Positions 1-11,197 of a stretch of 50,342 nucleotides of DNA are shown here, piece after piece. The notes beneath the pieces are model-generated. The model searched no databases. It was not told where the DNA came from and saw only the letters and a program-made list of their open reading frames with translations. Each line of letters starts with the position of its first letter. Position 1 is the first letter of the stretch. This stretch comes from Octopus bimaculoides. Taxonomy: Eukaryota. The stretch spans positions 12,741,344 to 12,791,685 of the forward strand of contig NC_068981.1 of the NCBI RefSeq assembly GCF_001194135.2. The letters are read 5' to 3'. The position numbers were made by a program, and so were the translations under genes.

Positions 1-1314
1 ATATATATACATATATATATGTATGTATATATATAGTATATGAGAGAGAACAACCAAGATATATTCACTACTTATGTGATTGATATATCAGCAGTTGTGT
101 ACATATACATGCCAGGATATATCTACACTCTCTAACGTAATGCAGATGTAAATTTATTGACTAAATAATCGATTAAGTTCCAAATGAAATTCAATTTCCA
201 GCGGTTAAATATTCATTGCCACATTCAAAAATTATATTTCTGCTCAAAATGAATATAATATAATCATAAAACCATCAAGTTTTAGAATATAATCGTCTTA
301 CTTTTAATCTCTAATTCGTCATTATTCGGTAGTATATAATCACAGAAATTTCTTTTCGTTATTTGATTAACGTTCCGAGACTTACCTCTTCAACAGTGTA
401 CTAATTGATACGTTTTGAATATAATTATGACACCAATAAAAAAATTATTCCTAGGAAACTTGTGGAAAAGTGTTATATATGTGAAACTTAAATCATATAA
501 TTTTCAAATATGTATATTCAACATAAAACAGACAGATACACCGACATCGTCGTACAAGGGAAAAGATCCGTCCTCATCATGTATTACCCTACCAGATGTA
601 TGTGTACCTGTGTGCGTGCATGTGTGTATTTTATATATATTCATGTATGCATTTATATGCACAAATTTATACACATACCCACATATATTCATATATACAT
701 ATATATGCATACATACAAACATGTATCTATGTATCTATCTATCTATCTATCTAGATATGCAGGGCAGGGAATCGTCAATTAGTAATAAAATTAATAATTA
801 ACAATTTTGCCGGGTAGCTCAGTATGAAAAAACCTTTTCGGTAAAAAACATTTAAAATCATAAATATATAGGGATTGACAGTAACCTGCTTCTCCAACAT
901 ACTGAGAATTCAGAAATAGCAGTCAAAGAACTGCTGATTCCAAAACTACAAATTATTACTCCAGATTGCGGGACTATTTATGATGCACACTGAATTGAAT
1001 TCATTAGGGCGAGGGATTTTGAACTCACTGGCCGATAAATTTCTTAACGTCTTCCTCACGTGGTATTGATGTTCACATGGTCAAAATTAACGTGAGTTAT
1101 TTAGACATTAACAAATTTATTAGAATATTTAGCTGAAGATCAGAATAGAGTATTCTTTACTCTTAACTGTGAAACGATTGTACTAAATTAACTAAAGGCA
1201 GGTGGTTTTTTTACTCTTCTCTACTGTTCTTTCTGTGTGTATCAAAAATATCGCTATCAATTTAGAGTAATAATTTGTAGTTTTGAAATCAGTAGTTCTT
1301 TGACTGCTATTTCT

Positions 1315-2061
1315 NNNNNNNNNNNNNNNNNNNNNNNNNNNNNNNNNNNNNNNNNNNNNNNNNNNNNNNNNNNNNNNNNNNNNNNNNNNNNNNNNNNNNN
1401 NNNNNNNNNNNNNNNNNNNNNNNNNNNNNNNNNNNNNNNNNNNNNNNNNNNNNNNNNNNNNNNNNNNNNNNNNNNNNNNNNNNNNNNNNNNNNNNNNNNN
1501 NNNNNNNNNNNNNNNNNNNNNNNNNNNNNNNNNNNNNNNNNNNNNNNNNNNNNNNNNNNNNNNNNNNNNNNNNNNNNNNNNNNNNNNNNNNNNNNNNNNN
1601 NNNNNNNNNNNNNNNNNNNNNNNNNNNNNNNNNNNNNNNNNNNNNNNNNNNNNNNNNNNNNNNNNNNNNNNNNNNNNNNNNNNNNNNNNNNNNNNNNNNN
1701 NNNNNNNNNNNNNNNNNNNNNNNNNNNNNNNNNNNNNNNNNNNNNNNNNNNNNNNNNNNNNNNNNNNNNNNNNNNNNNNNNNNNNNNNNNNNNNNNNNNN
1801 NNNNNNNNNNNNNNNNNNNNNNNNNNNNNNNNNNNNNNNNNNNNNNNNNNNNNNNNNNNNNNNNNNNNNNNNNNNNNNNNNNNNNNNNNNNNNNNNNNNN
1901 NNNNNNNNNNNNNNNNNNNNNNNNNNNNNNNNNNNNNNNNNNNNNNNNNNNNNNNNNNNNNNNNNNNNNNNNNNNNNNNNNNNNNNNNNNNNNNNNNNNN
2001 NNNNNNNNNNNNNNNNNNNNNNNNNNNNNNNNNNNNNNNNNNNNNNNNNNNNNNNNNNNNN
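1315..2061. other. Assembly gap (N run), followed by (GT)n
   Basis: Run of N seen directly. Confidence 0.99.
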
Positions 2062-2121
<60 letters not shown>

Positions 2122-2145
2122 CTTTGTGTGTGCCTTTGTGTGTGC
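2062..2145. repeat. (GT)n microsatellite
   Basis: Direct reading. Confidence 0.95.
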
Positions 2146-2894
2146 AAGTTAGAATGCTAGCATGCTATGCACCGCTTTAGAGGCAGGTACTTTTGCCAAA
2201 CAACGAAATAACGGGGGCATAAATCACCGGTTGTTAAGCAATGGTGAGTGGGAAATACCTACGCAAAGACGTATTTGCATTGAATGTAATTTTCTACGGG
2301 TATGCTGATAAATATAATTAAATTCAATCAATTTTGTTCGAACAATATATGCAATCACGAATAAGTGTTCCGCAAATAAAACAAACGCTTCGAATTCAAT
2401 ATAAACAACTTGACCAACCATTCTGTCCTACAGCAAATCTTTTGGTCTAATATCAAATTACTGATCCGGACACCAAGTTTGAAACCCATAGCGAAGCTTC
2501 GTAACCTACCACCACTTCTTCTCCGGCATGGCATGGTCTACTTGTGTCTCACTAATATGTGCTAGCCACCAGCTATGATAGTTCAAATAAAACGCTTCTC
2601 AAACATTCCTATGTTTAGCAATGGTGTTTTGAGCGAGTGAAAACTATATAGGGAAGAGTTGTGAGATGTTTTTGTTTGGTGACCATTGAGGTGTTTACAA
2701 ATAAATATCAGCGAGTACTGAAATCGATTATATCAAAGACTTCATACTGAGGTCTCATAATTAGATTCATTCTGATAGTAATATCAATGCCCGTCTTGTT
2801 GGACGGTGTGTCACCTAATGTGCATGTATGCATTTCAAGTATAGGACCAAATTTAAAAACAGTAGTCACAAATTCAAACAAAGCCAGCTGTGGG

Positions 2895-3200
2895 TAGGTT
2901 GATTACACTGACCCTAGTGCAAAGCTGATACCTATTTTATCGAATCCGAAGGGATGGAAGGCAAGGTCAGCGTCGGTGGAATTTGAACTCAGAACGGAAA
3001 ACGGCCAAAATGCCGCCGAGCACTTTCCCTACGTGCCAACAATTCTCCCAGCTCACAGTCTTAAAGAAATTTAATATTGGCTTCACAATTTGGCGCAACG
3101 CCAGCAAGTTTGAGGCAAGCGGTAAGTCGATTATATCATTATATCGACCCAGTACTAAACTGGTACTTATTGAATCGACAACGGACGAAATACTGCTGAG
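2895..3200 (-). mobile_element. Two degraded copies of SINE family A
   Basis: Reverse complement matches the copies at 5932-6375 and 19445-19866 (GGAATTTGAACTCAGAAC; TATCGACCCAGTACT..CTGGTACTT). Confidence 0.7.
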
Positions 3201-3989
3201 CATCTTGCCAAGCGTACTAATGATTCTACTAACTCACTACCTTACACAAATTTAATATTAATGTAATATGAAAACCATCTGTCTATCATGCATATCATGG
3301 TATAGTGAATGTAACTATTGCTGCTAAGTAAAAGAAGATGGAAAAGACGCAAGCAATCTTCCATAAATTGTACAAGATATATTGTAGCACTAATAGACCA
3401 TGTTTATATGAAAAACAGAAATTTCAAATAAAGTAATGTGAACAAATATTAAATAATGTAAGAGAGTTGCATCCAGTAGAAACATATTGTCTGTGACACG
3501 ATCGTGTATATGATGAATATAAAGATAACGGAATGCTAAAGAAATGGAGAAACCTCCTATGTTTGAGAGTATATAGGACCAAATCCTGATAGTTGAATGA
3601 AAATATAGGGAACGTATATAATTTATTTGTCAACGATGTGAATAATCACATACATTTTTATAGTTTCTCTGCATGGTGCTTTCTTGAGTATCAAAATATT
3701 AATGTCTTCCCTGCACTAAAAACATGGTCCATCTTGGATTAATACTAAAGCGATAAATCTCATGATTACTAGACAGATATAAATATTGTAGTGCGAAATG
3801 AAATAAAGAATTTTTTCTCGTTCCACAAATATGGAACTTATATAAATGAATATTAATAATGTGTATCTTTAAAATCGACACCCTTATTTGAAATGAAGTG
3901 TCAAAAATGAGTTAACAAAGATAAGAATTAGAACAGTAAACCACACAAAACTATAGCGAACGTGAGACTAATTAATAATTATTTTTCTC

Positions 3990-4200
3990 TTGTTTCAGTT
4001 ATTAGACTGCGGCCATGCTTGAGCACTGTCATGACAAATTTGTAGTCGAATGAATCTGGTGATTATTCTATCGGTCTGGTGCTTATTCTATCGGTCTGGT
4101 GCTTATTCTATCGGTCTGGTGCTTATTCTATCGGTTCCATTGCAGAAATGCTAAGTAACGGAGTCGAAAACACACCAACATCAGTTTTCAAGCAGTCAAG
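3990..4200 (-). mobile_element. SINE family B 3' part with an internal 4 x 20-nt tandem expansion (4056-4135)
   Basis: Similar to the reverse complement of 39500-39660 and to 18550-18690; unit CTGGTGCTTATTCTATCGGT. Confidence 0.65.
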
Positions 4201-5931
4201 GAAAACAAACCTATGCAGCCAGTATTTTAAATCTAAAATTTACTGATGTTTTGCTATCTCGATAGTTTCACTTATTCCTCCTTTTTCGCAGCTGAAGTGA
4301 CTTCTGAGGAAACATACGTTGTTAAGAAGAAATTATAACAAGCAATCCTTTATATGAAATTGAACCAAACAGTTAAAATCAGTTTAACATGCAGCAAAGT
4401 GTTCATCTAAAATTAACAGTACATAATTCACCCTTACGTATAAGATTGGTTTTATTTAGGTCTTCTGTCAATATTTACTTTATGTGCACTAAATAGTGAA
4501 ATATGTTACATAGGATGAAACCACATTGGCAGGAAATAAACAAAAGAAGATAGTTCATATTTAGTAATAGTATGATAATATTAACTGAATTAATTTTTGC
4601 CTGTAAGATATAAACCAAGTAAGTAGATTCAACATGGAAACGAAATTAATTTGAAAACTAAGAAATCCAAGGATACAAATTTCTTTCAGAAAAATATATC
4701 TTTACATGTGCGTCATATTGAGGAGATCGAGAAATACAGTTACATTTGGATTTAAATTCGGTCTGACACATATTGTTGCTCAAAAATTTCAGTATGATAA
4801 GCCATCTTTGAGAAATTACAGTTGCAGGTATTTGATTATAAAATTTGTAATAAAATAATCAATTATGATACTGTCTCATTAATTAAAAATTATAGGAATG
4901 TAATATTAGATATTACTAAACAGAATTAAATCGATAACAACATGGACTGCTCTGTAATTGCTTGTTTCAATTAATGCGATACACAACAGTTTTAAATTTA
5001 AGGAGAGAAATGTGAATTTAATGCCATTATAAAATCAAAGATGATTAAGTAAAAGATCGAAAATATCGGCATGATAAAATATTCAAAATTTCTAAAAACA
5101 TGCTGTGTGCTGAATAAACACTTTTTTAATTATTTAATTACGCCACCAACAAAGGCAGTATATGCGAAGTAATCTCTTCATGACAGGTAATTTCTGGTAT
5201 GCGATTGCTTAAATAGCAATTTGGTCTTTTCGTGACAAGAGATATGAAAGAAAGAGAATGAGATCATCTCCGGAAAGCGGTAAAAAAGAGAAAAAGGATG
5301 CTTGATTCTCAGTTATTTATCTGTGTACGAAGAGAAGTTATGATACCATTACACGTTATTGAGATTTTGTAGGTCAAAACAATGCAAGTTTAAAAAGAAA
5401 ATTAACAATATAAAATGCTAATTAGTACCTTTAAGTGGTATTTCAAAATTTTAGGGTTAGTAACCTTTCTTCAGGAATTCTACAGAGACAAAATTGCAAT
5501 TACATTTAGAAGTTTTCGATGCCCTAAAGGTAAAAGGTTGGCTATGACTAATAAAACTTTAGCTATATAGTCATACTTACATGAATATATACCTGTACAG
5601 GCATGCATGTGTGTATATTCGTTTTGTGTGTGTGTATGTGTGTGTGTGTGCGTGTGTGTAAACACGTACGCACAATGACATTAACATATAATGTGTGTGA
5701 ATCACAAATGGTTTCATCATATACAGTACAATAGATTTAAAATATTCCCATCTTGGACTGAAATTGCCTTTAAGACACTTGAAACATTTAAAAATACTTG
5801 AGATTTAGAGAAGCAAATCTCGTTGGCATCAAAGAGGTATATTTGCATGAACTTTTGTATATGGCTAATCCAGTGCGTTAGAGAATTTCCTGCGATACTG
5901 CGAGATCTATTGTAATATTTTAAAGCTGATA

Positions 5932-6375
5932 AGGCAGCGAGCTGGTAGAAACGTTAGCACGCCGGGCGAAATGCTTAGCGGTACTTCGTCTCTCTTTATG
6001 TTCTGAGTTTAAATTCCGCCGTGGTCGACTTTGCTTTTCACCCTTTCGGGTTCGATAAATTAAGTAGCAGTTGCGTAGTGGGTTCGACCTAATCGACTGG
6101 TCCCCTTCCCCCAAGATTTCGAACCTTGTGCCTAGAGTAGAAACAAATATTTTAAACATCGTAAGGCGGCGATCTAGTAGAAACCTTAGCAAGCCGGGCG
6201 AAATGCTTAGGGATATTGCGTGTCTTTACATTCTCAGTTCAAATTCTGCTCATGTCGATTTGCTTCTCATCATTTTGGGGTCGATAAATTAAGTAACAGT
6301 TGCGTACTGGATTCGATCTAATCGATTAGGCCCCTCTCCTAAAATTTCGAGCCTTCTGCCAAGAGTAGACGAGAA
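5932..6375 (+). mobile_element. Head-to-tail pair of SINE family A
   Basis: Two ~215-bp copies starting GGCAGCGAGCTGGTAGAA / GGCGGCGATCTAGTAGAA. Each has a B-box-like GAGTTYAAATTC and a central GTCGACTTTGCYTTTCAYCCTTTCGGGGTCGATAAATTAAGTA motif that resembles, from memory, the MetaSINE central domain. Confidence 0.8.
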
Positions 6376-6884
6376 TATTTTGAAGATCATTCGTGCATTG
6401 ATAAGTGTGTGCTCGTTTCCTTATAGGAGTTCCGGAATATCAACGTGATGGGTAATATTTTTGAATGATTTTTAACGTTAAACCTATTCAGGATTTAAAA
6501 GAGTTCAGGTTGACTGAGACGCAATAATGTATTTCTTTTAGCGGGTAGTCGCCTTGATGTCGAAACGTAATAGTATTACTACATTGGGTGCAACTTGGTC
6601 TTTTGATGAAAGAGGAATATGTGTGTTTGTGTGTGGCTGTGTTTTAGTTTGTGTGTCTGTCTGCTAAAATGAGAAGTTTTAAGTAAGTGTGTGTATAACT
6701 CTACATTAATCTGCTCACTCACACACAGTTACACCAAGTGTCATGCCTACATACACATTCACGTATTTTTCAAGTATTGGAAACTGAATGTGCTTTTCAT
6801 CTGTAGTGTTTATGTTTATATAACATATATATTTACGTGTCTGCATGTGTTGATATGAAAGTTAATGGATCCCTCTGTGCTTGC

Positions 6885-6916
6885 GTGTGTGTGCGTTTGT
6901 GTGTGTGTGTGTGTGT

Positions 6917-6947
<31 letters not shown>

Positions 6948-6957
6948 NNNNNNNNNN

Positions 6958-6996
<39 letters not shown>
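6885..6996. repeat. (GT)n(GA)n compound microsatellite with a 10-N gap
   Basis: Direct reading. Confidence 0.95.
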
Positions 6997-7000
<4 letters not shown>

Positions 7001-7434
7001 TATATCAAAATAGGCATGCGTGCATATCAAAATTTCCTAAAATTCGCTACTTATTTGTAGTAGTAAACCACATAAATCCTACGTTGGTAAAATATTTTAC
7101 AGCTTTTATTAAAAACCTATAAAACTTTCTCCTATTTTCAATATACGATGGAACCTACGCAAATTATAAACTAGGACTTTCAAATGTTGATTTCTTCAGT
7201 GGCTGAAGAAATCTTGTTTCTAAATCTTGTCTTCTAAATACTTGTTTTCTAACTTTATGGTAATATTCATTTTTATTATTACACAAGAAAAGAAAGTATA
7301 CACACAACTGCATATACACTCGGGCATACATACAGAGACAAACATACATCAAAATTTACACTTGTGGTCTCAAAAGCACACTCATATGTATATTTGTTTA
7401 TTTATGTACATAATCCATAATAAAAAAAAAAAAA

Positions 7435-7640
7435 TCTATCTATCTATCTATCTATCTATATATATATATATATATATATAGATATATATATACACACACA
7501 CTCACACACACACACACACACACACACANNNNNNNNNNNNNNNNNNNNNNNNNNNNNNNNNNNNNNNNNNNNNNNNNNNNNNNNNNNNNNNNNNNNNNNN
7601 NNNNNNNNNNNNNNNNNNNNNNNNNNNNNNNNNNNNNNNN

Positions 7641-7700
<60 letters not shown>
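7435..7700. repeat. (TATC)n/(TA)n/(CA)n microsatellites around gap 7529-7640
   Basis: Direct reading. Confidence 0.95.
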
Positions 7701-7701
<1 letters not shown>

Positions 7702-7737
7702 AATACATATGTATATCTGTGTCCATACATATCAGCG

Positions 7738-7890
7738 TATGAGTGGCTGTGTGGTATTCTACCTTGCTTACCAACCACATGGTTATGGATTCAGTCTACT
7801 GTATGGCACATTGGGCAGGTGTCCTCTACTATACCTCGAGCCAACCAAAGCCTTGTGGTTGGATTTGGTAGACGGAAACTGAAAGAAGAA
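7738..7890 (+). mobile_element. tRNA-derived SINE family B, 5' part
   Basis: GAGTGGCTGTGTGGT head and GCCTTGTGGTTGGATTTGGTAGACGGAAACTGAAAGAAG; homologous to 39362-39500. Confidence 0.75.
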
Positions 7891-7972
7891 TATCATATAT
7901 ATATATAATTTTCATAACTTCGACAGATTTCGGCTTAGTGAAGTCCTTTAGTCATATACGGGGCACCTTGAT

Positions 7973-8175
7973 TCACTCTTGCAAAGAGTTATTATTGTTG
8001 CAGACAAATACTGGTGTAAGAGGATAGTCCGGGAAGCTTTGAAGAAATTTGTCCAGTGAGCTTTTGAGCTTTATGGGATTCGTTTCCGTTTTGACGTATT
8101 TTCTCATGGTATTAAAGAGAGGTGGTCCGGTTGAGGTAAAATAGTTGTGACGTAATGTTGTTATGTGTCTTGAGT
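7973..8175 (-). mobile_element. CR1/L2-type LINE ORF2 C-terminal fragment
   Basis: Translation TLRHNYFTSTGPPLFNTMRKYVKTETNPIKLKSSLDKFLQSFPDYPLTP fits the GPxLFNxLP...FKxxLDKFLxxxPD tail of CR1-group ORF2. Confidence 0.75.
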
Positions 8176-8377
8176 TCGATTGTTGTAGTGGGCGGATAGC
8201 AAGGGTGCCGTGTGTATGTGTATGTTTGTGTGTCTGTGTTTGTATCCCCCCTGCCATTGATTGTTCGATCAAAAGTGATGCTCCAGCATAGCCGCAGCCA
8301 AATGAGTGAAACAAATAAAATAAAAAAATAAAAAAAATACATATATATATATATATATACATACATACATATATGAA

Positions 8378-8682
8378 GGCGCATGGCTCAGTGGCTAGAG
8401 CGACCAGCTTACGATCGTGAGGTCAGTTCGTATCCCGGACCGGGCTGCGTATAGTGTTCTTGAGCAAGACCCATTATTTCACGTTGCTCTACTTCACTCA
8501 ACTGTAGAAATGATTTGCGACGTCATTGGTGGCAAGTTGTATCTAACTTTGCCTTTCCCTCAGATAACACCGGCGGCATGGAGAGGAGAGGCCGGTATGC
8601 ATGAGCTTTTGCTGGTCTTCCACAAACAACATTGCACTTTCTAGGTGAAATCCCATGGTCAGACATGACAGAAGGGATTCTC

Positions 8683-8684
<2 letters not shown>
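8378..8684 (+). mobile_element. tRNA-derived SINE (third family)
   Basis: A box TGGCTCAGTGG, B box GTTCGTATCCC, then GTGTTCTTGAGCAAGAC core-like segment; no closed acceptor stem. Confidence 0.75.
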
Positions 8685-8717
<33 letters not shown>

Positions 8718-9246
8718 CGTATATGTTGGTGTATATTCGCATAAACACTCACACACGTACATATAGATACACTCATACGGAAAATACACACGCACACTTT
8801 TAAAAACATATGCAAACGCACAAAAGCACGCAGTGCACGCGCTCATACGCATGTGTACAAACAAAGTACGCACGCGGCCCATAGCTTCATATACACACAT
8901 ACTCATACATACGCACATACGTGCATTGGCTCAAACATGCACCCTACTCACAGTTGTCCTCCCTGCTCCTCTCGCTTTAGACGAATTGTTTGCCACATTT
9001 AGTCATTTAAGCATGTCGTGTCTGTTCGATAGACACGCGCGTTTTCTCTCACCATTTCTTTCTCTTCTTGTCAATTTTTGTAAGACAAAGAGCATATTTT
9101 CGAAACCTGAAAGAATGTTCCTTCGAAAGCTCCTCCAACCAGAGCATAAATCTAACACACATTTCCTTTTTACCTCGTCTTCGCTTTATTTATATATTTT
9201 GCATTATATATACTAATATCCATATCCATATATATAAACATGTATA

Positions 9247-9901
9247 NNNNNNNNNNNNNNNNNNNNNNNNNNNNNNNNNNNNNNNNNNNNNNNNNNNNNN
9301 NNNNNNNNNNNNNNNNNNNNNNNNNNNNNNNNNNNNNNNNNNNNNNNNNNNNNNNNNNNNNNNNNNNNNNNNNNNNNNNNNNNNNNNNNNNNNNNNNNNN
9401 NNNNNNNNNNNNNNNNNNNNNNNNNNNNNNNNNNNNNNNNNNNNNNNNNNNNNNNNNNNNNNNNNNNNNNNNNNNNNNNNNNNNNNNNNNNNNNNNNNNN
9501 NNNNNNNNNNNNNNNNNNNNNNNNNNNNNNNNNNNNNNNNNNNNNNNNNNNNNNNNNNNNNNNNNNNNNNNNNNNNNNNNNNNNNNNNNNNNNNNNNNNN
9601 NNNNNNNNNNNNNNNNNNNNNNNNNNNNNNNNNNNNNNNNNNNNNNNNNNNNNNNNNNNNNNNNNNNNNNNNNNNNNNNNNNNNNNNNNNNNNNNNNNNN
9701 NNNNNNNNNNNNNNNNNNNNNNNNNNNNNNNNNNNNNNNNNNNNNNNNNNNNNNNNNNNNNNNNNNNNNNNNNNNNNNNNNNNNNNNNNNNNNNNNNNNN
9801 NNNNNNNNNNNNNNNNNNNNNNNNNNNNNNNNNNNNNNNNNNNNNNNNNNNNNNNNNNNNNNNNNNNNNNNNNNNNNNNNNNNNNNNNNNNNNNNNNNNN
9901 N
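9247..9901. other. Assembly gap (N run)
   Basis: Direct reading. Confidence 0.99.
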
Positions 9902-10808
9902 TATGCGCATATATATCAGTACATTACAAAACATATATACGTGATTGCTTGTCCATGCTTTTGTGTATATAAGTCACATGCAGTAATTTTCTAAATGGAA
10001 TCTGTTCTACTTAACTATATGATGTCTTGCAGTTATTTTTGCTCTCATGTATAATTTTCTGAATGTCTCACGCAACACAAAACCAATTAACAGTATAATA
10101 AAAATAAATTAAACATAGTGTTTTGCATTGCAAGTAGAAACGAATATCATTGAACACAATTCAACTTCTTAATGCATATTTAACTAAATGAAGTAATTCT
10201 CAGAATACTCTCACTTTATAAATATCTGTTGGGTAATTTTAGATTTGGCCAAGTTGGTTTAACTGTTATGCTATCTTACGATGTGTTTATCGTTGTTATA
10301 TCAGATACCGACAGAGTGTTTGTTCTCTCTGTATTTTTAGTGTTATAGAAATACAGCACGACTTAGACTTCACAGCAGATTCTGATGATTGCCTGCTAGT
10401 CTCCTTTAACCAATAAGCATTGATCGTCTATTCAAAATAAATCGATATATGTTCATATGAAAACTGCAGCGCAGTTGAGAAATAACTCACTTCTTTTATA
10501 TCATTAATGTTTTCATGGAGAACATAAACCACATAATGGCCTCTATTTACCTTCTATTAAAGTGTAGTAGGTATTTTCATAGGCAAAACAGTACTGGAAT
10601 AAACTTTGATAGTGATGGGTAATATTGTTGTAGAAAGGTTTTTTTGTGTTAATCCACTATCTAATGTAATCCCATTCCTCACTTTTCTAATTTCAAACCC
10701 CATTAAGCTTTATAAACCTACTGAGGTTTTTGTTTCCCTGTCTTTTCCGTGTCCTTTGACTATTCATAATTAAATAATGGAACAATCATCTGACAAGAAC
10801 TATTGAAA

Positions 10809-10922
10809 CGGTTATGAGAAGATTTGACGCAGCCAGTTTGACGCTGCTATATTTGGCGTCGCTGATTTGGCGCTAACATATTTGACGGCAGACATTATTT
10901 TTTTTTCTAGTTCTCTACCCTA

Positions 10923-10961
<39 letters not shown>

Positions 10962-11197
10962 ACCTCTTTTTTTACTATGTAAGCATCTAGTTATATTTGT
11001 ACGTTTGCGTAATGTCTCCTTCTCCTACTCTCTTTCACTCTTTCTTTCTTCGGGAACATATCACTGCGAGCGCATGCGCGCCTGCGTGTGTGTTCTTCTC
11101 CAAGTGCCAAACGGAAATCGCTAAACATGTTGAATGCCTAGACAATTGTGCCAAATCGTTAGGCACCCAAACAGCACCACCCAGTCACCACATTCCG
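10809..11197. mobile_element. Non-autonomous foldback/MULE-like DNA element with inverted subterminal 14-15-nt arrays
   Basis: CGG...CCG termini flanked by direct ATTGAAA (10802-10808, 11198-11204); five TTTGRCG motifs on the left and inverted YGCYAAA-type motifs on the right. Confidence 0.6.

Noticed and set aside
386-450. Minus-strand exon-like segment with strong donor GAG|GTAAGT and a good acceptor
   Set aside because: All three phases contain stops; at most a UTR exon, which is unsupported.
415-801. ORFs rich in HT/CV/IY/LS dipeptides here and throughout the window
   Set aside because: They are translations of microsatellites.
1237-2160. Long ORFs of 230-400 aa (also at 9.1-10.0, 35.3-36.2 and 45.6-46.9 kb)
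   Set aside because: They are made of X codons spanning assembly gaps.
4056-4135. CRISPR-like array (also the 14/15-nt array at 10823-10895)
   Set aside because: Contiguous or degenerate tandem units with no unique spacers, no cas genes, and a eukaryotic context.
8378-8450. tRNA genes (also 24745-24815 and 44748-44820)
   Set aside because: A and B boxes are present but acceptor stems do not pair and the sequences continue into repeat bodies, so these are SINE heads.
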